The notes beneath the pieces were generated by a model. It was not told the origin of the DNA. It saw only the letters and a program-made list of their open reading frames with translations, and searched no databases. A stretch of 64,000 nucleotides of DNA, taken from an uncultured cyanobacterium (GTDB taxonomy: Bacteria > Cyanobacteriota > Cyanobacteriia > Pseudanabaenales > Pseudanabaenaceae). A program made the translations under genes and the position numbers. The stretch spans positions 2,304,001 to 2,368,000 of the forward strand of contig OY969811.1 of NCBI GenBank assembly GCA_963703315.1, given 5' to 3'. Below are positions 20,769 to 30,522 of the stretch, one piece after another. How positions within the stretch are numbered: the stretch's first letter is position 1; every line of letters begins with the position of its first letter.

Positions 20769-20836
20769 AAAGCCAAAAGCCTGTGGCGCACGTGCAGCGT
20801 GCGCCACAGGCTTTTGGTTTTGCGCTTAGTTACTTA
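20769..20836. repeat. family A element
   Basis: CCTGTGGCGCACG hairpin plus GCGCTTAGTTACTTA terminus containing the TAA stop of the adjacent gene. Confidence 0.75.
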
Positions 20837-21382
20837 ATCCCATTTACATAGTTGCGATGGAGGTGTAAGCAGAGGTTTATCGTATTGATGAAATCCTGTG
20901 ATATCTAACGCGGCATGATTAAACAAAATCCATTCACTACGTCCGCCGCGATCCACCGCAGTCCGAATCACTCTGCCATTTTTTAGGCTCAGATGCCCTT
21001 CCTCATCCCACTTAAATTCACTAGTCGGAATACTAATCCATTGGCGACCACCCCAAGATACAGCTAGGGCTTGTCCTGTAATGAAACTGCCCTTAGTTTT
21101 ACCACGTACACAGATCAAATCATCTGTATGGGGATAGGCATAATATCCATCAACGCGATCGCCGCTTTTGGCAAAATTAAAACAAACTCCCGCACCAGCA
21201 CGCCAATCACGGGGTTGTGGCTGACTACAAAATTGATAATTTCCATCGGCTAAAGTGGCGATCGCATTTTGAGCTTGAGCATCATCACTATGAATTAACA
21301 CACCTGTGGAGATAGCTACCAAAATTACGCCACAGAACTTGAGGAGATTGTTCTTAGCAAACACAACTGCATCACCTCCCAA
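20834..21382 (-). CDS. hypothetical secreted protein
   Basis: Signal-peptide-like N-terminus ending AQA; four Cys in the mature part; start uncertain. Confidence 0.7.
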   Translation of the reverse strand: MGGDAVVFAKNNLLKFCGVILVAISTGVLIHSDDAQAQNAIATLADGNYQFCSQPQPRDWRAGAGVCFNFAKSGDRVDGYYAYPHTDDLICVRGKTKGSFITGQALAVSWGGRQWISIPTSEFKWDEEGHLSLKNGRVIRTAVDRGGRSEWILFNHAALDITGFHQYDKPLLTPPSQLCKWD

Positions 21383-21536
21383 ATATAGGAAGTCGCTTAT
21401 AGGCTAGGGAGGTAAAGGAGTTTTTATCCACCTTTGGCGGAGAAAAACTCCTCTGTACCTTGCTTGAAAAGCGCTATATCTCTATTTTATGCCTTTTCCA
21501 AAATAATCAGAGAATGTACACATCTCTTAGGGTTGT

Positions 21537-21591
21537 GCGATTTAATAATTTTGTGGCGCGGCGAAGCCGCGCCACAAAATTATTAAATCGC
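21537..21591. repeat. perfect 26-bp-arm palindrome, TTTTGTGGCGCGGC core family
   Basis: GCGATTTAATAATTTTGTGGCGCGGC GAA GCCGCGCCACAAAATTATTAAATCGC. Confidence 0.9.
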
Positions 21592-21603
21592 CTCGGTAAA
21601 AAT

Positions 21604-22650
21604 ATGTCCCTAGAACAAATATCCTGCCCGATCGCTTTCCAGCAATATCCCCAAATTCTTTTGGCTCATGGTGGTGGTGGTCGGTTAACGCATCAACTCA
21701 TTTCTGAGATATTTGCTCCTGCTTTTGGCATGGGCGATCGCGCTCAGCAGGATGCAGCGACTTTTTCATTGTCAGCAAAAAAAATAGCTTTCACGACAGA
21801 TTCCTATGTAGTAAAGCCACTCTTTTTTGCGGGGGGAGATATTGGTGCTTTGGCGGTAAATGGAACTGTGAATGATCTAGCGATGATGGGGGCAAAACCA
21901 CTGTATTTGAGTGCAGGTTTCATTTTAGAAGAGGGCTTACCAATGGATACGCTGTGGCGCGTGGTGCAATCGATGCGTCAGGCTGCCGAGATTACAGGAG
22001 TACAGATCGTCACGGGTGACACGAAGGTAGTCGATCGCGGTAAAGGGGATGGCATTTTTATTAATACATCGGGCATTGGGGCGATCGCGACAGATTTAGA
22101 AATTACACCGCATTCGATTTGTGAAGGAGATGTAATTCTGTTAAATGGGGATATCGGTCGTCATGGCATTGCAATTATGGCGGCAAGAGAAGGTTTGGAA
22201 TTTGAGACAGAGATTCAAAGCGATTGTATGGCTTTAGCGGATCTAGTGATGGCTTTGCTAGATGGTGGTGTGGAAATTCATGCGATGCGCGATTTAACTC
22301 GTGGTGGTTTGGCAACATCGCTAAATGAATTAGCAAGTACTGCCCATGTCCATATCGCCTTAGAAGAAACAGCGATCGCTGTTCAAGAAGATGTCAGAGC
22401 AGTCTGTGAAATTTTAGGACTTGATCCTCTCTATGTCGCCAACGAAGGTCGGTTTGTGACTTTTGTACCTGCATCACAGGCGGAAAAGGCGATCGCTATT
22501 GCTCACAATTTTCCTGAAGCAGGTGGACAGATGCGTGTAATCGGTCGAGTTAGCGATCGCGACAAATCCCTAGTATCTTTGCGGGGTCAGATTGGAGTTA
22601 GTCGGATTTTGAGTATGCTCAGTGGCGAACAGTTACCCCGCATTTGCTAA
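21604..22650 (+). CDS. hypE: hydrogenase maturation protein HypE
   Basis: [29 protein letters not shown]-terminal LPRIC; ATG 21604 preferred over the ORF start 21460. Confidence 0.97.
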   Translation: MSLEQISCPIAFQQYPQILLAHGGGGRLTHQLISEIFAPAFGMGDRAQQDAATFSLSAKKIAFTTDSYVVKPLFFAGGDIGALAVNGTVNDLAMMGAKPLYLSAGFILEEGLPMDTLWRVVQSMRQAAEITGVQIVTGDTKVVDRGKGDGIFINTSGIGAIATDLEITPHSICEGDVILLNGDIGRHGIAIMAAREGLEFETEIQSDCMALADLVMALLDGGVEIHAMRDLTRGGLATSLNELASTAHVHIALEETAIAVQEDVRAVCEILGLDPLYVANEGRFVTFVPASQAEKAIAIAHNFPEAGGQMRVIGRVSDRDKSLVSLRGQIGVSRILSMLSGEQLPRIC

Positions 22651-22653
22651 ACC

Positions 22654-22690
22654 AAAGAGAGTGGCGGCGCGAAGCGCCGCCACTCTCTTT
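22654..22690. repeat. family B hairpin core / possible terminator of hypE
   Basis: AAAGAGAGTGGCGGCGC GAA GCGCCGCCACTCTCTTT. Confidence 0.8.
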
Positions 22691-22738
22691 TATCTTAAAA
22701 CGAACCCCAAGAGTTATTTTGAAAGTGTTGCTTTGCAA

Positions 22739-22956
22739 CCCACATTCCGCTCGTAATGGAGGCCTAAAAATATTTACAACGAGACAATGAGGGTTTCAGC
22801 GATTTTCTGGAAAATTAATGATAATGACTCCTATTAGTACGTCATTATTGACAATATTAAGATAGTGTTATTTTTCTGACGAAAGCCCAAAATACTTACT
22901 GTATAAGGATTTGTTTTCTAAATATTTTTTTCAGTAAAATAAGAGCGGAATGTGGG
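22739..22956. mobile_element. 218-bp MITE (IS1634-like ends) inserted in a palindrome
   Basis: 14-bp TIR CCCACATTCCGCTC / GAGCGGAATGTGGG, 6-bp duplication TTGCAA, no ORF. Confidence 0.85.
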
Positions 22957-23073
22957 TTGCAACACTTTCAAAATAACTCTTGGTTTGGGTTTGAGCGCTT
23001 TGCACTGTATGAAAATATTACAGTTAGATACAGATGCTTAATTGAGAGAAATTAATTTCCAAAGGAGGTAAAA

Positions 23074-23310
23074 ATGATTACCACAAAAAACAAACAACCC
23101 TCGCCCTACTCAATTGATGCCATCAAGCATGATGCTTGTAATCTAGTTGAAGAAGGTTGCATCAATCGGTTACAACCCATTTATAAGCTCTGTCAATTTT
23201 ATGGCGATCGCGATTGGGTATGCATCGAGTGTGAGTTGGAGCGCAATGACTTTTTTCTACGCGATCGGATTATTGACTTGCTAGATAGTCAAGAAATACG
23301 AGAAGACTAG
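23074..23310 (+). CDS. DUF4327 family protein
   Basis: YSIDAIK...RLQPIYKLC...W.CIECELERNDFFLRDRIIDL; AAGGAGG RBS. Confidence 0.85.
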   Translation: MITTKNKQPSPYSIDAIKHDACNLVEEGCINRLQPIYKLCQFYGDRDWVCIECELERNDFFLRDRIIDLLDSQEIRED

Positions 23311-23945
23311 TGATTAGCTAATTGAAAACAGGATAAAGCTTCTGCTGTCTTTACTTCAGGAAAATGCTTATAGAAGTAGCTGACGCTCACAAATACTTCA
23401 GGTCGTTCTAATAAAATTATTTTATCGATGCGTGTGGCGATCGCACTAGGCATTTGCAGAGGGGCGACAGGAGAGGCTAGCCAAACTTCTCGATAGGGCA
23501 GAGCTTTCATCGCAGCCGCAATTACGGCGATCGTTGCGCCCGTCGCAATCCCATCATCGACAAGAATAGCAGTTGCATCAGCAATCTCTAAATTAGGTCG
23601 GAAGTTTTGAAATGCACGCAGTAACCCTTCTGCTTTAGCACGAGCATTGTGGACAGCATGAGACCACTCGCTAGGTGTGCAGTAGTCCTTTCCCATATCC
23701 AACATATATCCGTCCGCCGTGATTGCACCTAAGGCAGTTTCAGGATTGAGGGGAAGTGCTATTTTTTTGGCGATCGCCACATCTAGAGGACAACCCAATT
23801 GCTGGGCGATCGGTGCAGCAACTAATATTCCTCCACGAGGGATACCATATACAATCGGATTTATCGGCTTTTCTTTAACAATTATTTCCGCTAATTGACA
23901 GCCAGCAGTATACCGATCTTCAAACAAACTCAGTACTTGTTGCAT
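23307..23945 (-). CDS. phosphoribosyltransferase family protein
   Basis: FEDRYTAG, IPRGG, ILVDDGIATGAT; ATG 23945 chosen. Confidence 0.88.
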   Translation of the reverse strand: MQQVLSLFEDRYTAGCQLAEIIVKEKPINPIVYGIPRGGILVAAPIAQQLGCPLDVAIAKKIALPLNPETALGAITADGYMLDMGKDYCTPSEWSHAVHNARAKAEGLLRAFQNFRPNLEIADATAILVDDGIATGATIAVIAAAMKALPYREVWLASPVAPLQMPSAIATRIDKIILLERPEVFVSVSYFYKHFPEVKTAEALSCFQLANH

Positions 23946-24093
23946 GGAGAGTAATACCTCCTCAAGAATAGACTTGGGTAAACCAAGTCGCAAATTCTTA
24001 ATTATCTATTCACTTCCATTATATAGCGCCAAAACTATCGCCATAATGTTCTGTGCGTACACACAGAACATTATGGTGATAGTTGGTAAAAAC

Positions 24094-25521
24094 TTAAGAA
24101 TTTCGGCTTATTTCCTTAAAAACATTGCCGTCAGCGCCAATTAACTGCACCTGCATTGGCATCTGTCCATAGGCATGGGTAGAGCAACTTAAGCAAGGAT
24201 CAAAATTGCGAATCCCTGCTTCTACTCGATTGAGGAAACCTTCCGATACATCGCCATTGTGAATGTAGTGCTTAGCAATCTGGGCAACGGTTTTATTCAT
24301 CGCCAAGTTATTGTGACCTGTGGCAATAATCAAGTTTACTTTTTTAATCACACCATTTTCATCGACATGGTAATGATGGAACAATGTCCCGCGAGGAGCT
24401 TCACTGACACCGATCCCTTCAAGGGCATTGATCCCCGCTTGGGCGCGAGTATGGGACGACATCACATCAGGATCTTCCACGAGTTCGCCAATCTTCTCGA
24501 CGGCAGCTAAAATCTCAATTAATCTTGCATAGTGATACAAGAAGGAAGATGTGGCAATCCTACCAGCGCGATCGCGAAATTCTTGTAACTCCTGATTAGC
24601 TTTGGGCGTGTCGATATATTCACAAACATTCAACCGCGCAAGGGGACCAACGCGATAAATACCATCGGGATAGCCAAGGGGTTTGTAATAGGGAAATTTT
24701 AGGTATGACCAAGGCTCAACCGCTTCACCGATATATTGTTGATAGTCATCTTCGCTGAGGTGATCAGCGACTATTTGCCCCTGACTATCGACAAAGCGAA
24801 TATGTCCGCCGTAATGTTCCCATTCACCATTTTTGCCGACTAAGCTCATAAATAGCGAAGGGAAGTTGCCAAAAACATCTACTTCGGTTTTCAGTTCGTT
24901 TAAAAGATTTTTAAATAAAGCGATCGCATTTTCAATCGTGGCAAGAGATTCGGGTAGGCGATCGCGTATCCATGCCCGACCTTCTTCACTAAGAGGCGAT
25001 CGGACACCACCCGCCACTGCCCAAGCCGTATGAATTTTCTTTGCGCCAAGGATTTCAATGATTTGCTGTCCAAATTGCCGTAAGCGGATACCACCTCGTG
25101 CCAAATCAGGATTTGCTGCCATTAATCCAAATACATTTCGTAATGCAGGATTGCTATCCCAACCGAGCAGAAAGTCGGGTGAACTGAGATGGAAGAATGA
25201 AAGGGCATGGGATTGGGTAATTTGCGCCAAATTCATCATTCGGCGCAGTTTCTCGCCCGCAGGAGGGATTTTTACTGCCAGCAATTTATCGCCTGTTTTC
25301 GCGGAGGCGAGTAAGTGACTGACAGGACAAATGCCACATATTCGCGAAGTGATTCCCGCCATTTCCCACATGGGACGACCTTCACAAAATTTCTCAAAGC
25401 CTCGATATTCCACTACATGAAAATGCGCGTCCGACACCTCGCCAAGATCATCTAGAAAGATCGAGATCTTGGCATGACCTTCAATGCGCGTGACGGGATC
25501 AATTACAACTGTTTTAGACAT
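24094..25521 (-). CDS. hoxH: bidirectional [NiFe]-hydrogenase large subunit
   Basis: [24 protein letters not shown] plus cleavable C-terminal extension. Confidence 0.97.
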   Translation of the reverse strand: MSKTVVIDPVTRIEGHAKISIFLDDLGEVSDAHFHVVEYRGFEKFCEGRPMWEMAGITSRICGICPVSHLLASAKTGDKLLAVKIPPAGEKLRRMMNLAQITQSHALSFFHLSSPDFLLGWDSNPALRNVFGLMAANPDLARGGIRLRQFGQQIIEILGAKKIHTAWAVAGGVRSPLSEEGRAWIRDRLPESLATIENAIALFKNLLNELKTEVDVFGNFPSLFMSLVGKNGEWEHYGGHIRFVDSQGQIVADHLSEDDYQQYIGEAVEPWSYLKFPYYKPLGYPDGIYRVGPLARLNVCEYIDTPKANQELQEFRDRAGRIATSSFLYHYARLIEILAAVEKIGELVEDPDVMSSHTRAQAGINALEGIGVSEAPRGTLFHHYHVDENGVIKKVNLIIATGHNNLAMNKTVAQIAKHYIHNGDVSEGFLNRVEAGIRNFDPCLSCSTHAYGQMPMQVQLIGADGNVFKEISRNS

Positions 25522-25543
25522 TGATTTATTTCTCCTTATTAGT

Positions 25544-26479
25544 TTAGTTTCTTTGGCATTGATAGAGAGAAATCTGGTCTTTTATCTCATTCTTGGATTC
25601 TTTACACCAAAGATTAAGATCGACTACATAGGTGTCTTTCCGAATTCTCTGTTGAGATTGTTGTTTGTTTTGTTCTGATTCTGCGACATCTTTGCTGGGA
25701 AAACCTGATATAGCCGTAACATACCAGTTTCCTTTTTTATAAAGACCTACGGACTGGTTTGGGAAAATCGTTTTTGCATTGCTAATCTCATAACTTGCTT
25801 CTGCAAAATTGTCATCACTACCAAAAACAATTGCCCATTTTGGTGTTTTTTTATCACCAGTGGCAACGATAGGGGCTGGTTGTTCTTGGATTTTTTGAGC
25901 AATTTCTTGAGACAATTTAATAACTTCAGTATCTGAACTTTTAGTATTTTGTATGGCAGAGACAACCGCTACTTGATTTTTTTTGTTTTCTCCAATTTCG
26001 CTTAGTCTTTGTAAGGCAATCTTACGCTGTTCGTTATCAAATTTACCAAAGCTTGTTGATCCTATAATCTTCGCTAGTAGGTTAGTACCTCCTTTTTCTG
26101 GAATAAGTGAAGCTAGTTCAATTACCAGCCTTCGATCTTCTGAATTACGAGATGATGAAATCGCCAAGAGTGCGCTTTCTGGAGCAGGTGGCTCTTTGGC
26201 TAGTTCAGGAAGAAATTGTTGAATAATTCCTAGCTCTTGGGATCTGATTTCACGCTGCTTTGATTCATATCCAATTACTGCGCCAATAGTTCCACTACTT
26301 AGAATAGTTGTCAAAATGGCAAATGTAGTTTGCCAAAGACTTTTTTTCTCAGGAGGGTTACTTTGAGGACTAAAGTTGTCATTGGTTGTAGAGGGAGAGA
26401 GCCTCTCTAATTGCTTGGATAATTCATGAATCTGTTTTTGTTGTGCCTCAAGCAAAACTTTGATATCTTCATCATTCAT
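25544..26479 (-). CDS. hypothetical membrane protein inside hox operon
   Basis: 311-aa ORF: short coiled coil, one TM segment, possible SPOR-like C-terminal domain. Confidence 0.75.
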   Translation of the reverse strand: MNDEDIKVLLEAQQKQIHELSKQLERLSPSTTNDNFSPQSNPPEKKSLWQTTFAILTTILSSGTIGAVIGYESKQREIRSQELGIIQQFLPELAKEPPAPESALLAISSSRNSEDRRLVIELASLIPEKGGTNLLAKIIGSTSFGKFDNEQRKIALQRLSEIGENKKNQVAVVSAIQNTKSSDTEVIKLSQEIAQKIQEQPAPIVATGDKKTPKWAIVFGSDDNFAEASYEISNAKTIFPNQSVGLYKKGNWYVTAISGFPSKDVAESEQNKQQSQQRIRKDTYVVDLNLWCKESKNEIKDQISLYQCQRN

Positions 26480-26495
26480 ACATTTGTTTTACTAT

Positions 26496-27047
26496 CTATC
26501 CAAACTTAATCATTTCACGACCTTCCATCACAGGCATTTCACCTTTTAGTAAAGGCGCGATCGCCGCTTTGATGCGATCCGCCGAAGGAGGACATCCCGG
26601 AATATACATATCCACTTTCACAACTTCGTGGACGGGCATTACCTTTTCCAAGAGTTCAGGCACAATTCCGGGAGCGTAGGGTAACTGTGGCGTGACATCA
26701 CCGAGTTCCAGATAGCTGCGCCGTAACACCATATCCGCATTGTCGCTACCCATCATGTTTCGCATTGCAGGGACATTGGCAGTTACCGCACAGTCACCAA
26801 AGGAAATCAGGAACTTAGTTTGCTGACGGATTTTGTGAATTAGTTCCAGATTTTCTACGTTAGCGATCGCCCCTTCCACAAGGCAAACATCGACATTTTC
26901 GGGATATTCCTTAATATCGGCGATCGGGCTATGCACGATATCAGCATATTTCACCAGTTCAAATAGCCATTCGTCTAAGTCCAAAAAAGACATATGACAG
27001 CCCGAACAACCTGCTAGCCAAACCGTTGCTAATCTTATCTTGTCCAC
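26496..27047 (-). CDS. hoxY: bidirectional hydrogenase small subunit
   Basis: WLAGCSGCHMS, FGDCA, IPGCPP. Confidence 0.97.
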   Translation of the reverse strand: MDKIRLATVWLAGCSGCHMSFLDLDEWLFELVKYADIVHSPIADIKEYPENVDVCLVEGAIANVENLELIHKIRQQTKFLISFGDCAVTANVPAMRNMMGSDNADMVLRRSYLELGDVTPQLPYAPGIVPELLEKVMPVHEVVKVDMYIPGCPPSADRIKAAIAPLLKGEMPVMEGREMIKFG

Positions 27048-27751
27048 TGTTTCTGCTCCCTTGCAATGACTATAAATTCGAGCTTGGTGCGATCGCGTTG
27101 CATTTCACCAACAGCAGAACCCTTATCAAAAATGGCTCCCGTTGGGCAAGCATCCACACATTTTCCGCAGGATGTACAGGCATCGACTTCACCCCAAGGC
27201 TGATCGAGTCCTGTAATTAGTTTCGACTGTGCGCCGCGATTTGCCACATCCCAGACGTGCGCTCCTTCGATTTCATCGCATACCCGCACACAGCGCGTGC
27301 AGAAGATGCAACGGTTATGATCGATGCCAAATAAATCGTGGGACAGATCGACATCGCGTTGTGGAAACTGATAAGGAAATCGCGAATGCTCCATACCTGT
27401 GGCGATCGCCATATTTTGCAGTTCGCAGTTACCATTGGCAACACAAACCGCACAAACGTGATTGCCCTCCGCAAACAGCATTTCCACAACCATTTTGCGG
27501 TAGTTGTTTAACTGATCGGTATGGGTGTGTACTTCCATACCTTCCGCAACTTGGGTAACACAGGCAGCCAGTAATTTATTACTGCCCTTGACTTCCACCA
27601 TGCAGAGGCGACAGGCTCCCACATCGGTTACGCCTTCTAAATGACAAAGGGTGGGAATGGTGATCCCTGCTTCTTTTGCCGTAGCGAGAATGCTTTTGCC
27701 TTGCTCGGCAGCAACTTCGATATTGTTAATTTTGAGGGTGACAACTGACAT
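27035..27751 (-). CDS. hoxU: diaphorase Fe-S subunit
   Basis: IPTLC...GACRLC, HVCAVCVANGNCELQ, CIFCTRC, CTSCGKCVDACP. Confidence 0.97.
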   Translation of the reverse strand: MSVVTLKINNIEVAAEQGKSILATAKEAGITIPTLCHLEGVTDVGACRLCMVEVKGSNKLLAACVTQVAEGMEVHTHTDQLNNYRKMVVEMLFAEGNHVCAVCVANGNCELQNMAIATGMEHSRFPYQFPQRDVDLSHDLFGIDHNRCIFCTRCVRVCDEIEGAHVWDVANRGAQSKLITGLDQPWGEVDACTSCGKCVDACPTGAIFDKGSAVGEMQRDRTKLEFIVIAREQKQWTR

Positions 27752-27766
27752 TTTTGTTTACCTAAA

Positions 27767-28147
27767 TTAAGAAGTAGGCGTACTGGTGAATTCCCAGCCA
27801 TTGGCTTCTGAATAGCGCTCCATAAATCGCATGAAGCGATCCCAATGCTCAGTTGAACCAACATCAAACACAATTTCAATTTTTGCCAATTCTTCGTCAT
27901 CACCTTTATCTTTCCAAAACAGTTTGGAACTTTTCGGCTCAATGGAAATAGTGCCTTCACTATCGACGAGACGAATATCATTAAACGATGCCTTGGCGAA
28001 ACTATTCGCGCCTTGCACTGCCTTGATATTGACAAAAGTCATCTTCACAGAGTTTTCACCCGTATTGCGATCGCGCCTTAGTCGCACATCACTCAACTCT
28101 TCGGGAATCCCTGCAAAAAATTCAATCGATGGAGTTATGGAATTCAT
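27767..28147 (-). CDS. psb28: photosystem II assembly factor Psb28 family (Psb28-2-like)
   Basis: SIEFFAGIPEELSDVRLRR...LVDSEG...WDRFMRFMERYSEANG. Confidence 0.88.
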   Translation of the reverse strand: MNSITPSIEFFAGIPEELSDVRLRRDRNTGENSVKMTFVNIKAVQGANSFAKASFNDIRLVDSEGTISIEPKSSKLFWKDKGDDEELAKIEIVFDVGSTEHWDRFMRFMERYSEANGWEFTSTPTS

Positions 28148-29772
28148 GGTTTTCTCTCCTTGATCAACTTCAAATAATCATCACGAAAATGGCGCAAGGT
28201 ACTCACAATTGGGTTGGGTGCAGATTGTCCTAAACCGCACAGGCTCATGGATTTGACCATGCCACAGAGTTCTTCGAGACTGGCGAGATCGGCTTCTGTC
28301 GCTTGGCGATCGACAAACTTGGTCAATAACTGATGCAGTTGCACCGTACCAGCCCGACAGGGAACGCATTTACCACAGGATTCATCCATACAGAATTGAA
28401 TGAAAAATCTTGCCATATCGACCATGTTCGTATTTTCATCCATCACCACCATGCCGCCTGAACCGATGATCGAACCGAGGGCTTGCATCGCTTCATAGTC
28501 AACGGAAGTATCAAAGGCAGAGGCAGGAATACAACCACCCGACGGACCGCCTGTCTGGACTGCCTTCACTTTGCCACCATCAGATGCACCGCCGCCCATA
28601 TCTTCGACAATTTGGCGTAAGGGAATACCCATTGGTACTTCCACTAGACCCGTATTCGCAATATTGCCAGCCAGAGAAAACACCTTTGTACCTTTGCTTT
28701 TCTCTGTGCCGATGCTGGCATACCATGCGCCGCGATTACGAATAATCGGGACGATGTTGGCAAAGGTTTCTACATTGTTGATTAATGTCGGTGCGCCCCA
28801 AAGACCAGATTCGGCGGGGTAGGGTGGGCGAGGATGGGGAATACCGCGACCGCCTTCAATAGAAGCAATCAGCGCTGTTTCTTCACCGCAAACGTAAGCT
28901 CCTGCGCCGACACGCACATCGATCTTAAAGTCAAAGGTGGACTCAAAGATTTGACTGCCGAGGATACCGTGCTGTTTAGCTTGCTGAATCGCTAAACGGA
29001 TATGCTCGATCGCTGGTGGATACTCAGCCCGCACATAGACATAGCCGTGAGTTGCACCCACCGCATAGGCGGCGATCGCCATGCCTTCTAAGACACGATG
29101 GGGATCGCTCTCTAAAATACTGCGATCCATAAATGCCCCTGGGTCGCCCTCATCGGCATTGCAGATCACATACTTTTGTTGAGGCTGATTTGGAGTTTGA
29201 TTGCGCCGCCGATCTTGCATTTTGGCAACCGTCGCCCATTTCAAACCTGTGGGATAGCCCGCACCACCACGACCGCGCAAACCACTGCGGGTGACTTCAT
29301 CAATCACTTGCTGCGGACTCATTTCATGGAGAGTACGATACAGTTGGCGGTAGCCACCAACAGCGATGTAAGACTCGATGCGGGTGGGATCGATCTGCCC
29401 AATATGTTCTAAGACAATCCGCAACTGTTGCTTAAAAAATGGATGTTCGAGATCACCGACAGTGGCAGTAACGTTACCACCCTTTAACCCACTGACAATC
29501 GAAGCTGCTTGATCCGCCGTAACCTGTTCATAGAGAACACGGGATGAATCGATCGCCACTAAAGGACCGCGACCACAAAACCCCATACAACCGACGCTCA
29601 CCACTTCCGCCGTATCGGTGAGTCCTTCCGCATGAATCGCACCATCAAGGCGATCGCGTACTTCTAAAGAACCAGAGGCTTGGCATCCACCCGAAGTACA
29701 ACAGCGAATCCGAATACTTTTTTGGCGATCGCGCTCTTCTTTAGCAATTTCTAGTAATCTTTCAATATCCAT
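28144..29772 (-). CDS. hoxF: diaphorase FMN/NADH-binding subunit
   Basis: GLRGRGGAGYPTG, CNADEGDPGAFMDR, ESCGKCVPCR; ATG 29772 preferred. Confidence 0.97.
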   Translation of the reverse strand: MDIERLLEIAKEERDRQKSIRIRCCTSGGCQASGSLEVRDRLDGAIHAEGLTDTAEVVSVGCMGFCGRGPLVAIDSSRVLYEQVTADQAASIVSGLKGGNVTATVGDLEHPFFKQQLRIVLEHIGQIDPTRIESYIAVGGYRQLYRTLHEMSPQQVIDEVTRSGLRGRGGAGYPTGLKWATVAKMQDRRRNQTPNQPQQKYVICNADEGDPGAFMDRSILESDPHRVLEGMAIAAYAVGATHGYVYVRAEYPPAIEHIRLAIQQAKQHGILGSQIFESTFDFKIDVRVGAGAYVCGEETALIASIEGGRGIPHPRPPYPAESGLWGAPTLINNVETFANIVPIIRNRGAWYASIGTEKSKGTKVFSLAGNIANTGLVEVPMGIPLRQIVEDMGGGASDGGKVKAVQTGGPSGGCIPASAFDTSVDYEAMQALGSIIGSGGMVVMDENTNMVDMARFFIQFCMDESCGKCVPCRAGTVQLHQLLTKFVDRQATEADLASLEELCGMVKSMSLCGLGQSAPNPIVSTLRHFRDDYLKLIKERKP

Positions 29773-29774
29773 AG

Positions 29775-30257
29775 TTAATGTTCCTCTAACCAACCTTTGA
29801 CCTTAGCTAAAACCTGTTCGGGACTTTGTTGGCGCGATACATACCCGTCATAGATTGCCGCAGGTGCAACACCACAGTTACCAATGCAGCGCTCCACTCG
29901 CAAAAACACTTTGCCATCAGGCGATCGACCTCCTGCCTGAAGATGTAATTCTTTCATTAAGATATCTAACAAAGCCTTGCCACCTTTGGTATAGCAAGCA
30001 GTTCCTAGGCAAATAGAACAGGTGTGTTGGCATTTCGGCTGTATCGAAAAGAGATGATAGAAAGTTGCCACACCATATACACGACTAAGGGGCAGTTTTA
30101 ATTCTCTAGCAATATAGATGAGGACTTCTTTTTCGAGATAGCCAAACTGTTCTTGCGCCTTATGTAATACTTCAATCAGAGCATCTTGACGACTACGATT
30201 TTGGCGAATTGTTAAATCTAAAGAATGGAATCGCGGATCGAGCGAACTATTTTCCAT
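29775..30257 (-). CDS. hoxE: diaphorase [2Fe-2S] subunit
   Basis: VYGVATFYHLF, CLGTACY, CIGNC. Confidence 0.95.
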   Translation of the reverse strand: MENSSLDPRFHSLDLTIRQNRSRQDALIEVLHKAQEQFGYLEKEVLIYIARELKLPLSRVYGVATFYHLFSIQPKCQHTCSICLGTACYTKGGKALLDILMKELHLQAGGRSPDGKVFLRVERCIGNCGVAPAAIYDGYVSRQQSPEQVLAKVKGWLEEH

Positions 30258-30522
30258 CTTCGGCTCCTAAAGTAGCGTTATCGACAGCATAAACAATACC
30301 TTTGTTGTTAAAGTAGAGGTATTTGGTACTATCCATATTCTATTTTCTAATTTCTGGCTGAAAGTAGCTAGAAAAACATAAAACTTAAATACTTTTGAGG
30401 TTGTTGTGAACTTGTGTTGCAATATTTGAGATATTTTCTTAAGTTTTGTCGGAGGAGAGAATTTCGTACCCAAAAAGCGAGAAAATTAGATGTGAGATGA
30501 TCCATTAGGTAGGAAAATCAAA

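Noticed and set aside
21460..21603. N-terminal extension of HypE in the ORF track
   Set aside because: It runs through a palindromic repeat; HypE-like sequence begins after ATG 21604.
22818..22838. Fur box-like GATAATGAC in the MITE
   Set aside because: Only about 12/19 match to the consensus in AT-rich DNA.
27637..28035. 132-aa alternative-frame ORF and other antisense ORFs (52458..52979, 54885..55322, 46160..46387)
   Set aside because: Shadow frames of well-supported genes with no independent motifs.
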